This document shows positions 53,262 through 64,000 of a DNA stretch of 64,000 nucleotides, one piece after another. Source of the DNA: Octopus sinensis (lineage: Eukaryota); NCBI RefSeq assembly GCF_006345805.1, contig NC_043002.1:47244001-47308000 (forward strand). Direction: 5' to 3'. Both the position numbers and the translations under genes were made by a program. The first letter of the stretch is position 1; each line of letters starts with the position of its first letter. The notes under the pieces are model-generated. The model worked only from the letters and a program-made list of their open reading frames with translations, was not told the origin of the DNA and searched no databases.

Positions 53262-54722
53262 CTAAAAAATATATCGCAATTAAAGTAGGAATTCAACATT
53301 TTATTTTACAAAAGATTAGAAGAAATTGTAATGCTGAGAACAAAGGACCTGACTGCATCTTCTGAATCTGACAAGTACTTGCTATGTAGTAGGTTTGATT
53401 CATACAACCGTACTTTCCCCCTAAATATTTGTGACTTTGTACCCATTCCAGAAGTTAAGTATTGTTAAAAGTGAACAGAAATTATTAGTGGATAGAATAA
53501 GTGTGCACAAATAGGATTTACAATAAAAGAATATCAATGTAAATTTACCATTTTAACAGAAGGTGGCAAGAGGAAAATAATATCTTATATTCATTTAAAA
53601 CTAAATAATTTTAGGCTACAATACATGGCATAATTTCCTCCAGCAGATGACATGTTCTTACTATATCAATTTTCAGAGAAGTGAGAATGAAATATCATCC
53701 ACAACAACATCTTAACTCATCACATATCAGGACAAAATTAAATACTGAATGTCTTTAGGTTTAGTGATGAATTATTTTTCTACTAATTGAAGCATACTAC
53801 TGTTCTGATAAGCTTAATATAAAGTTGATGGTAATATCCTGATGAAATATTTAATATATTCGGATAATTATTTGATAAATTGAGGAACGAAAATTAATTC
53901 TACAAACACTGTAGTTAGTTTATCTGGAGAGCTCTTCAACAAAAGATAAACAGATTTCTTTAAGGAAAAAGTCCATTGATGAAATGCAATAGCTGCCATT
54001 GAAAAATTGCACCACTATACAATTCATTGTAGATATAAACTAGATTTGAAAGTTTTCTCACCACTGTAATTTCTCTATTCTCTTGAGGATTTTATCCTTA
54101 GTAGGAGGTGAATTGCAATTTTAGAACTTATATTCCTCTTAGTGGAACCTAAACATATTTGTAATCATCTGTTAAAACAGATATCCGTTGTATTGTGTCT
54201 CCACTTTAACTCTCCATGCTACATTACACGACAAGGTAGATAGTAAAGTTAAGTACCTTGCTTGACTAAGAATCCTTTGTATGTTTATTGTGGCAATTAA
54301 AGCAGTGGGTTTTGTCAACGATTTGCAGAGCTAATTATACATCAATAATTGATAAGAAACATTCTCATTTCTTTATCAACACTGTCGATGGACCACTCAA
54401 AGAGGAAGGACTGTTTCAACGAAGTCGCGTCTCGTCCTTACCTTCTAAACGCAGAGTAGATGAAACAGGGACGACTGAAGAAGGAGAATATTCTTTATGT
54501 TGTATGTCTCGTTTCCTTGTTTTTTTCGTTGTTTGAAAAAAAAAAGTTTGTTTCTATGTTTTCGTTTCGCATTGTGTTCAACGTTTTTTGATATCCTGTA
54601 CCCATATATGCTTGTATATATACATATATATGCAGGTATGTACATATTTGTATGTATATATGCATATATTTATATATCATTTATATTATATATATGTATA
54701 TATATATATATACACATATGTA

Positions 54723-54764
<42 letters not shown>

Positions 54765-54765
<1 letters not shown>

Positions 54766-56000
54766 GAACAGCCATGCTACATGGCAGCGAAACATGGGCC
54801 GTGACTGCTGAGGACATGCGTGAGCTCGTGAGGAATGAGGCCAGTATGCTCCGGTGGATGTGTAATGTCAGTGTACATACTCGACAGAGCGTTAGCACCT
54901 TGAGAGAAATGTTGTACCTGAGAAGCATCAGTTGTGGTGTGCAAGAGAGACGATTGCGCTGGTATGGTCGTGTGGCGAGAATGGATGAAGATAGGTGTGT
55001 GAGAAAGTGCCAATCCCTAGCGGTTGAGGGAACCCGTGGGAGAGGTGGACCCAGGAGGACCTGGGACGAGGTGGTGAAGCACGACCTTCGAACTTTGGGC
55101 CTCACTGAGGAAATGACCAGAGACCGAGACCTTTGGAAGTATTCTGTGCGTGAGAAGACCAGGCAGGACAAGTGAGCCCAGCCCACTTATGAATGCCTTT
55201 CCTCCCTTGGACACAAAGACCGGCTGAGGCAAGCGAAGTCGATATAGAACCTCATCCGACGACAGACACCCATGCCAACCCCCCATGCTTGCGAAGACAT
55301 GTTGGGGCAAGTGAAATTGAAATCGAAACCGAATTGAACCAGCCAGGATCCCTGGCCTGGTGGTACGTAAAAAGCACTATCCGACTCATGGCTGTGGCAC
55401 GTAAAATACTCCAATGCGACCGTACGACAGGCACCCATGCCAACCTCCTTTGCTTGTGAAGACATGTTGGGGCAGGCGAAATCGAAATCGAATTGAACCA
55501 GCCAGGATCCCTGGTCTGGTGGTACGTAAAAAGCACTATCCGACTCGTGGCCGTGGCACGTAAAATACTCCAATGCGACCGTACGACAGGCACCCTTGCC
55601 AACCTCCTTTGCTTGTGAAGACATGTTGGGGCAAGCAAAATCGAAATCGAATTGAACCAGCCAGGATCCCTGGTCTGGTGGTACGTAAAAAGCACTATCC
55701 AACTCGTGGCCGATGCCAGCACCGCCCGTCTGGCTTCCGTGCCGGTGGCACATAAAATACACCAATCTGACCGTGGCCATTGCCAGCCCCGCCTGGCACC
55801 TGTGCAGGTGGCACGTAAAAAGCACCCACTACACTCACGGAGTGGTTGGCGTTAGGAAGGGCATCCAGCTGTAGAAACATTGCCAAATTAGACTGGAGCC
55901 TGGTGCAGCCTTCTGGCTTCCCAGAACCCCGGTCGAACCGTCCAACCCATGCTAGCATGGAGAACGGACGTTAAACGACGATGATGATGATGATGATGAT
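54765..56000 (+). mobile_element. 5'-truncated RTE-clade LINE (RT C-terminus + 3' UTR + (GAT)n tail)
   Basis: [30 protein letters not shown]; UTR with three repeats of about 160 bp. Confidence 0.9.
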
Positions 56001-56339
56001 GCATGTTCAATGTAGAAATTATATCCTTGGATAATATCAATTTCTTAGAGTCATGTGCAAATTTTGTACAAAAGATTGCAAGTTGAAACCTCTAGATAAA
56101 CTCATTACAGTTAAGAGAGATTTTTATAGTGACAAGAGAACAGCACGTCAGTAAAATTAAAAGCATGAAAGTAAATGCAAAAGCTCAAAGTATTTAGTAT
56201 TATGAAGGCAGAGGTAACATAAGTGGTGCAGTGGGATACTTAATCAATCTCTAGAAATATCAATGTGATAAACTATGGAATAAAGATAAATATATTGTAT
56301 TTTGTTCTGCTAGTTTCTCATTAGTTTCAGGCCATGATG

Positions 56340-56770
56340 GAGCACAGCTATTAGCTTTCTCTCTTGATTATTTTAAACTAATTTTCTGGCTTTGGCTCTG
56401 GAATTGGTCCAGTTAAGTAGTGAGTTGGACAGAGCTGCCCTTCTTTGCATTTGTTGATGTGATGTGGGTTCATCTGGTATATCAGATAAAAATTTGTGCA
56501 AGTGTTCTTTGAATACACCCACTGCTACACACCATAGATAACTGAGGCTTTTAAGCAAAGTTTTGAAAAGTTGTGGGCCTTTGAATCCTAAACTGTTACA
56601 GTATTGGGTTGTTACTTTGGATGGAGAATGTTAAATCTTTGGTACTGTGTAGTGGCATCCAGTCTGGTGTCTGGTATATCTTTCAATTCCAAAGTTGGGT
56701 GCTTAACTTTCCAGGATCTTCAATATATACATATCACTGCATATCATTTATGCCTTCTCTCCAAAAGTCT
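56340..56770 (-). mobile_element. CR1-type LINE 3' fragment
   Basis: VFKEHLHKFLSDIPDEPT...RRAALSNSLL. Confidence 0.7.
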
Positions 56771-57299
56771 TAGCTTTTTCAGACTCTCTCAATAGATCAA
56801 CTGCTGCACCAAGGCAATATTGTTGATCTAGTGGTGTTTATATTTATCATTTTTTAAATACCACATTCATAAGTCTAACATATGCCTATAAATTGAAATG
56901 TTAACATTTTTTGTAAGCATATTAAAAAAATTTGAAAAACGCTTCCCTGTCTCTTACTTATCTTCACTAAGCCAAAAGTGCAAGTTAGAAAAATGTTTTA
57001 CTAAGTGAAGATTTTTTTAAAAGAGTGATTGATGACAGTTATTAATCTTTACTTTTGTAATATTAATATTTTATTGGGTTCATGTTCATGTCAGTGATAT
57101 GTAACAATTATTTTCCCTAAAATCTAGCATAAATCATAACAAATACATTGAGGAGCTAAATTTCATTATCTAAAATAGAACACTAATATTTTATTGACAC
57201 CTAATTCACTAACATGTTTTCCATATTTTTCTGATGAACATTCCTCTTATAATATTGGATTAAACATATCAATGTACTTACATAACAAAAATTACTTAC

Positions 57300-57363
57300 T
57301 TGCATTTCTGATCATCTGTCTCACCAGTCAAAGTTGGTTTTGGAGTCTTATGACAGAGTCGTT
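57300..57363 (-). CDS. Internal exon (phase 1 to 2): RLCHKTPKPTLTGETDDQKC
   Basis: caatcacag acceptor, consensus donor aa|gtaagt; phases fit both neighbouring exons. Confidence 0.72.
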
Positions 57364-58937
57364 CTGTGATTGGTATGGATTATAAATTTACACATCAGAA
57401 ATAAAACTTAATTTGAACACTTGCCAAGAAACATGTTAACTTTGAAAAAGTAACATTCTTTCAACAAAAAAAGATTGTACTTACTTTTTCCCAAAAAGCA
57501 ACATCTTTACTGAAGAAAGAATTCAACAATCACAAAATCCTTTTTGTCAACTAGTAACTTGCTTACAGTCTTCAAGCAATACCTTACAATTATTTACTGG
57601 TGTAAGTCTATACATAACAAGTTCATAAGGACATATCGGCTATCACTTGTCATACAAACTAGAGTATAAATGACAAAGTGACCCAGACAATGCAATCAGT
57701 ATTCTGCAGTTTTATCTGATGCATAGAATGGATTAGATAAAGAAGAGAAAAAAGAGTACTGCATGATATATTTCTCTTGCTTTTTCATTCAACAGGATGG
57801 AGTTGATAAGGAATAATCTTTGTAGTTACTTAACCCACTAGAAATAATAATCAAATATTTTGTTAACCACTCCCTCTCATTAATAAAATGAAAGCTATAA
57901 TTCATATTATAATGCTAGATACACGCTACGTCCCCATCCCCCCAAAAGTGAACTAATGATGTGTCGAATACTTTTGATTGTAGGTAATAAATGCAATCAG
58001 TACTGACCTAGGGCTAAACAACAGCAATAACATTTAGAAGAAGAAGAAAAAGTTGATGATTTTGGTATAAAATCATTGTCCTGATATTTTGCATTCTTTA
58101 ACCTGTACCATAACAATATTAACTAATTTTATTTACAGTAAATACTAGTGCCACAAAATAGACAAAATAATACAATGTTCATTAAAATAAAAACTAATAT
58201 CTCAGAGAAAATCATGAAATAAAGAGAGAAACTCCTTGATTCTCAAACCTTGACAGATATTCTAATAATCTGAAAGTTACAACAAAATCTTGAAATTGAT
58301 TGTAATATGAATGTCTAAAAGCCATTGATTACTTTCTTACAACAATCATTACATTTATACACTTCCTCACTGATGCAACTGATTACAGTTTTTCCTTCAT
58401 GGTGCAAGTAATGGTCATGACATTTTTTTGCCTCATTTCATACAACTTTGACCTTAAAGTATTTCAAAATTTCCTATTGTTATTCTTTTTCACATTGAAC
58501 AAGTTCTACAAAAAGGAAAAACATTATCCATAACATTGCAATAACTATAGTAATGCATTGAAGCAAGAAACCTAAATGCAAAGTTTCTCATTGGATTTAT
58601 TCAATCTTCTATCATTAAAGAGACTCCTGTTTTGAAATAGAAGCTCTTTTGTCGTATTGCTATTAAACAATGAAAATTTATCTCTTCAACCAGGTCTGAA
58701 AATACATAAAGAATTCCAAATGTAGCCAAGGTGAGTTTGTAATAATGTTTTAACCTGATCATAATACTTCATAATATCTCTCTTTCATCATCCCCACAAG
58801 AATAACTCCAGAAAGAGTATATTGAATAAATTACTTTCTTTATTTTCAAACCACATACATAATATTTATAGAAAGTATAAGATACTTAAAATACCCCATG
58901 ACGGGTATTAATATTGTCAAGTTTCTCTTCTATTTGA

Positions 58938-59579
58938 CGACCTTCGATCTTTAGGTCTCACCGAGGAAATGACCAGAGACCGAGGCCTTTGGAAGTATGC
59001 TGTGCGTGAGAAGACCCGGCAGGACAAGTAAGGCCATAACCCGTGGCCTCTACCTGGGACGTAGTCAGTCAACCTATGCATACCTTACCTTCTTGGGACA
59101 CAAAACTCTACTTGTGAAGACCTGTTAAGGCAAGTGAAAATCAAAATCAAAATCGAAATCGATCAACATCAATGGAATTTGTAGTTGTGATACCAGTGCC
59201 AGTGGCACGTAAGAGAACCATCCGAACGTGGCCGTAGCCAGCACCATCCTGACTGGCCTCCGTGCCGGTGGCACGTAAAAAACACCATCCGATCGTGGCT
59301 GTTGCCAGCCTCGCCTGGCCTCCGTGCCGGTGGCACGTAAAAAGCACCATCCGAGCGTGGCCGTTTGCCAGCCTCGTCTGGCACCTGTGTCAGTGGCACG
59401 TAAAAAGCACCCACTACACTCACGGAGTGGTTGGCGTTAGGAAGGGCATCCAGCTGTAGAAACACTGCCAGATCAGACTGGGCCTGGTGCAGCCTTCTGG
59501 CTTCCCAGGCCCCACTTGAACCGTCCAACCCATGCTAGCATGGAAAGCGGACGTTAAACGATGATGATGATGATGATGA
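58938..59579 (+). mobile_element. Second RTE 3' end
   Basis: Homologous to 55080-56000; (GAT)n tail; repeats of about 62 bp. Confidence 0.88.
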
Positions 59580-60465
59580 ACTTCAATTTATTTTTAACTT
59601 CCTAAAATATGAATAACTAATTCACAGAACCCTAAAAAATGAACAACAAGGAAAAGATTTCACATGACTCATTACAATTGTCATTTTGCAACAAGTCTCT
59701 GGAGGGTCAAAATGTACTGTAGAAAAATTGGTTAGGATAAATAAGAAATGTCCTCTCTACATCATCAAATCACTGAATATTGTGATAAAATTTTACAAAG
59801 TGTAAGATATATCAAACAAAATAAAATACCAACACATTAGAGATGCAATGGTATGGTTAAATTTGTATTTCATACTTAAGCTCAGGTTGATTTGTACTTG
59901 AAATTAAAGTTAAAATAAAGGATTATGCTATTTGTTTCTACTAAGCAGTCTAGTAGTAACTGATCATGTATAACCTGACCAAAGATATAACTACAGCTGA
60001 ATTTAATAAAAGTAAATATTCATAAAAACTAAGATTATATTATAATTACAACAATTAACAAGTATATTAAAGTAAAATTTCGGCAAAGGCATTCCAACTA
60101 AGAAATAATGTGAAAACCGAAAATAAACTACGTTAAAAAACACAAAAGAGACAAATGTTTGCAATAATTACATATAAAGGCAGAATTGAAAATGAAACCG
60201 GGATGAGTACAAAAATAGACTTGGGTATCCCGAGTAAGTGAAACAAATATGTAAATGTTTAAAAGTCAGTTATGTAATGTCATGGGCTAATTTTTGAAAC
60301 GATAATGGTAATTTTCGTAAAGAAAGGAAATTTTACATGCATCTATATGCATGTATTCGATTGAACAGATACAACTACATTCATATACTTCTCTTCCGTA
60401 AAATTTCAAAAAGTATTTTTGTTTACTTTTTGAAATGATTTCAATTTTAATAGCTCACATATATA

Positions 60466-61672
60466 TAGGGTGCATCAACAATTTGAGGACAATTTATAAT
60501 TTAAGTAAAATAATCATATTTGATAAACCAATATAATATTTTTTTTTAGAATTAGGTATACATATTCTTACATATACATCGCAAAAATAAATTCAATAAA
60601 ACTGTTATCAGCCTCATTAATATCTCGATATAGCTGCTGAAACGACTAAATGTGTTGATCAGGTGATTTTCACCGATATCGGCCTTAATGTTCCCAATAG
60701 CAGGCATCATAGAGTCCTTCAGTATTGTGGGCATTTTTATTAATCTCTCGCTTAACGACACTCCTATCGTAGTACTCATGGGGCGGGGTTAAATAAGGTG
60801 GACGAGGAGACCAAATATTAGTGGTAACATGATCTTGAAAATGTTCAGCCATTCACCCTTTAGTCTTGCAGGTTGTGCAAGAGGGAGCAGAATCTTGCTG
60901 GAATATGTACATCTTGCCCCGAGCATCTCCCTTGATCCAGGCCTTGACACGTTTCCAATGACTCGATGTAGATTGTTGCATTGCCCCTAAGACCTTGCAG
61001 GAAAAGTGAGGAGCTCTCATTGCTAATGACCCCGAAGACCATCCCAGACGATAGGAACTTGGTGTGCATAACAGCAGGGATTTCAGTGAGGCTGGCACAG
61101 AACCATCTGTCATTTCTCCTGTTCACTTCATATCTTGGACTAAGGCCTTCTCATCCAAAGCATATCGGACTCCTCGGAGAGCTTGAGTAACAATTCGACC
61201 GTATAACATTGTTTTCCCGCGTCTTATCGGGTATGAATCACCCTTTTCTCATAGCATAGGGTTTTTATCCGATGTTTTCATGCATAATACGTCTAATGGA
61301 GATGATTGGCAATGGGTCTCACTGGCTTCACGGTAATCTCGTTGATGATGCCTCGGACTTGCTGGACAAACTGAACTTTTCTGAGAAAGTCTGACCATTG
61401 AGAATATGTTGTCATTTTGGCCACCGAAGACACATTTCCGTTAGAGGACTAGAGCTATTTTCTATTCATAAACAAGAAGGATCTGGTGACATTTAAGAAG
61501 GGTGCCATCTGAGAATCACTGTAGTTGGCAACTAAAACGAGGAGGACGGCATGCCTTTTCATTGTATGCACTAATTTTGAAGCTTCTATGTTGGGATTTG
61601 TATAAAGAAAGGACAGGTTTGGATAACTTATCATTCTTAAGAGCTTTGGTTTTAAATAGCTGACTCACCCTG
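60466..61672 (-). mobile_element. Degenerate maT/DD37D-like Tc1-mariner element
   Basis: DRW...TKF.SSGMVFGVISNE, YIFQQDSAP; termini (c/t)agggtg with TA flanks. Confidence 0.75.
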
Positions 61673-61785
61673 TATATGTTTTCTATTAAGAAAAGTACCT
61701 TTCTTCAATGCTAACATAATAATTTCATAAAATTAGTCTGTTCAGTTATAATAAGAAGCTATAATTATTCTTTCTAATTTTTGCA

Positions 61786-61980
61786 TAAGGCCAGCAATTT
61801 TGAGGAGAGAGGACAAGCCGATTACATCATCTCCTGTACTGGGCTGTTAATTATTTTATTGACGTCGAAAGAATGAAGAAACATGTCGAGTTCGGTGGAA
61901 TTTGAACCCAGAACGTAGAGACAGGAGAAATGCTGCAGAGCATTTTGTCCGATGCGCTATCGATTCTCCTAGCTCGATAT
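61786..61980 (-). mobile_element. Degenerate SINE
   Basis: Reverse complement of the 716-929 family. Confidence 0.65.
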
Positions 61981-62228
61981 TTAGTGACTGACTTTTAAGC
62001 ATATACATATTGGTTTCGCTTATCCAGTATACCCAAATCTATTTTGTGTTTTTCCCCGTATTGATTTGCTTTCATTATCAATCCACAGTTACATGCACAT
62101 AAAGTCCATCTCCATTGAACAACAACGATAAAGAATAGTGAACGTAAGAGAAGAAAGCCTTAAACAGTATTCATTAAACAATACCGCTGTACTTTTCTAA
62201 ATTTTGCTTTAAAAAAGATGTTACTTAC

Positions 62229-62335
62229 CGCAATCATTGTCGTCGTATTTTTTTTGCCATTCAGTTGGCATTTTACATATGTAGTTAGTATAACTTCGTC
62301 TCCTCAAAACGCATGAATATTCATCATCCAGATTC
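62229..62335 (-). CDS. Internal exon (phase 2 to 1): NLDDEYSCVLRRRSYTNYICKMPTEWQKKYDDNDC
   Basis: Acceptor cttttactctccatcag, donor g|gtaagt, C-x9-Y-x4-C end motif. Confidence 0.82.
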
Positions 62336-62382
62336 CTGATGGAGAGTAAAAGTATGACTAAATGTTATATATATCTACATAC

Positions 62383-62465
<83 letters not shown>

Positions 62466-62564
62466 ATAGACACGTATATATTTATCCAAGAGCATATTTA
62501 TTGTTTATTTGGAATAACCTTTTACAAAAGAAAAATTCTACCTGAAGTTTTATTGAACGACTAC

Positions 62565-62683
62565 CGAGATTCATAAAATGTTTTGAAACATAAATCAGTT
62601 TGTTTTGATATGGATGGATTTTTCGTTGGTGTAATAATTGTAACCGTCTTAACTGTTGTATTCTGATCACTCAAATAACAATA
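62565..62683 (-). CDS. Candidate upstream exon (phase 0 to 2), Thr-rich: YCYLSDQNTTVKTVTIITPTKNPSISKQTDLCFKTFYES
   Basis: 39 open codons; cg|gtagtc donor is phase-compatible with 62335; acceptor uncertain. Confidence 0.35.
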
Positions 62684-63129
62684 CTAAATGTCAATAGGTA
62701 TACGAAGTAATGACAGTAAATAATCTTTTGATTCCTTTAAAAATGTTTGGCACATATTTGAATCTGCAACCTCTTTTTACTCCAGTTTGTTGTAGAAAAT
62801 AATTCTCGTTTAAGTTATATTGAATAATACAGTGATAAATATGCACTATGTTCTAAAAAAAAACGTACACAATCTTTAAATAATATTCACAGATTTCTGA
62901 TAAAGAAGGCAAAGCTTCTCAGTTAGTTCAGTGTTATCTCCTTGGTTTCTAATGCTGAAGATAACTAAAGCGTTCGAAACACATCCCATAGAGGACGTTC
63001 TGTGCAGACAACGGTGTTCTTACGCCTTTTTTTTTCATCTTATGCAAAAACTTTTCTCTTGAAAGCTGCAGTGAAAATCTCTAACAGGTTCGTATATGTT
63101 TCAAACATATTTGAACTTATCTACAGTTT

Positions 63130-64000
63130 GTGCACACACACAGACACACACACACACATACACACACACACACACGCACATACACACACATATACACACA
63201 AACAGAAACACACACACACAACGCACGCGCGCGCGCACATACACACTTATGTAAATATACACACACATACACGAGTTGCGAGACGAACTCATCTTATAAA
63301 AAGAAACCTATATACGTGTCTATGTATGTATGTATGTATGTATGTATGTATGTATGTATGTAGTTTAAATATATATATATAGTTCACATTTACAGAAAAA
63401 GATGAAGACAAGTGTCGGAACAACTAGTAATGGAGAGACTATGGAATAAAACGGAGAGAAAAGCTATAGAGTTCAGCGATCCAACATGGCGTGATGACTG
63501 GGAAAAAGAGGTCGAAAGAAATGGAGATAATAATGGTGATCCCAACGAACTAAGGCGCGCAAGCATGTGTGTGTGTGTATGTGAGAATGGTGTGTGTGAG
63601 TATGTATGTTTGTACAAGTGTAAGGGAGCGAGTAAGTCTGACGCGTGTGTGTGTTTTTCAAGTAGTGTGTGCACATGTGCATGTATGAGTGACCAAATAT
63701 TGTGCATGTGTATAGTGTATGTTTTATCGGTGAAAGTTATCTTTGTCTGTGCGTGTTGCGTGTGTTTATGTTTGCTGCATGTTGTGGGTATATGTTGTCT
63801 GTGTTCAGGTATTATGTGTTTGTGTAAGTGTGGGTGTGTGCTTGATGGTGTGTGCTTGATGGTGTGTGGTGTGTCTACTGAGTTAAAAAGGACGTTTGGC
63901 TGCTCGTATAGTGGTATGTGTGGTGACGCTATTGAAGATTGTGTATAGGTGTGTGGTGTGGGTACTGAGAAGTGGTCGGTGCTAGTGTGTGGAGTGGGAA
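63130..64000. repeat. (CA)n/(TATG)n/TG-rich low-complexity sequence
   Basis: Direct reading; the Cys/Val-rich ORFs are compositional artefacts. Confidence 0.8.

Noticed and set aside
58300-58460. C2H2 zinc-finger remnant (YKCNDCCKK) on the minus strand
   Set aside because: A single partial motif without the His pair, surrounded by stops.
58695-58740. Plus-strand exon ccag|gtctg...caag|gtgagt
   Set aside because: Stops in all three frames.
59195-59410. CRISPR-like repeat-spacer array
   Set aside because: The units are homologous along their full length inside an RTE 3' UTR, with no unique spacers, in a eukaryotic context.

Overview
AT-rich, repeat-dense eukaryotic DNA. The SINE, RTE and mariner families look like those of an octopus or other cephalopod (inference from repeat recognition, not a search). 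Most of the window is decayed mobile DNA: Penelope-like elements (PLE) with hammerhead ribozymes (HHR), a CR1-type LINE, two R4/Dong-type LINEs, RTE 3' ends, several mariner/maT elements, a Chapaev-like remnant, SINEs, MITEs and long microsatellites. Nearly all long ORFs in the track are TE fragments or microsatellite artefacts. The ORF track misses a host gene system made of short exons. Five phase-compatible minus-strand exons (45.6-62.3 kb) splice into a repeated 4-6 Cys module. A further module exon and a hydrophobic terminal exon lie at 24.5-25.4 kb. A convergent plus-strand paralog of that terminal exon, with a shared 3' UTR, lies at 1.8-2.5 kb. I do not recognise the family; it looks like a small Cys-rich, GPI- or membrane-anchored surface protein. 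Other highlights are HHR motifs from about seven unrelated repeat families, an ORF-less 366-bp retrozyme-like unit, a 2.2-kb chimeric mariner unit in tandem, and a 1.7-kb palindrome with a 2-nt spacer. All calls come from manual reading; TE boundaries are approximate unless TIRs are quoted.
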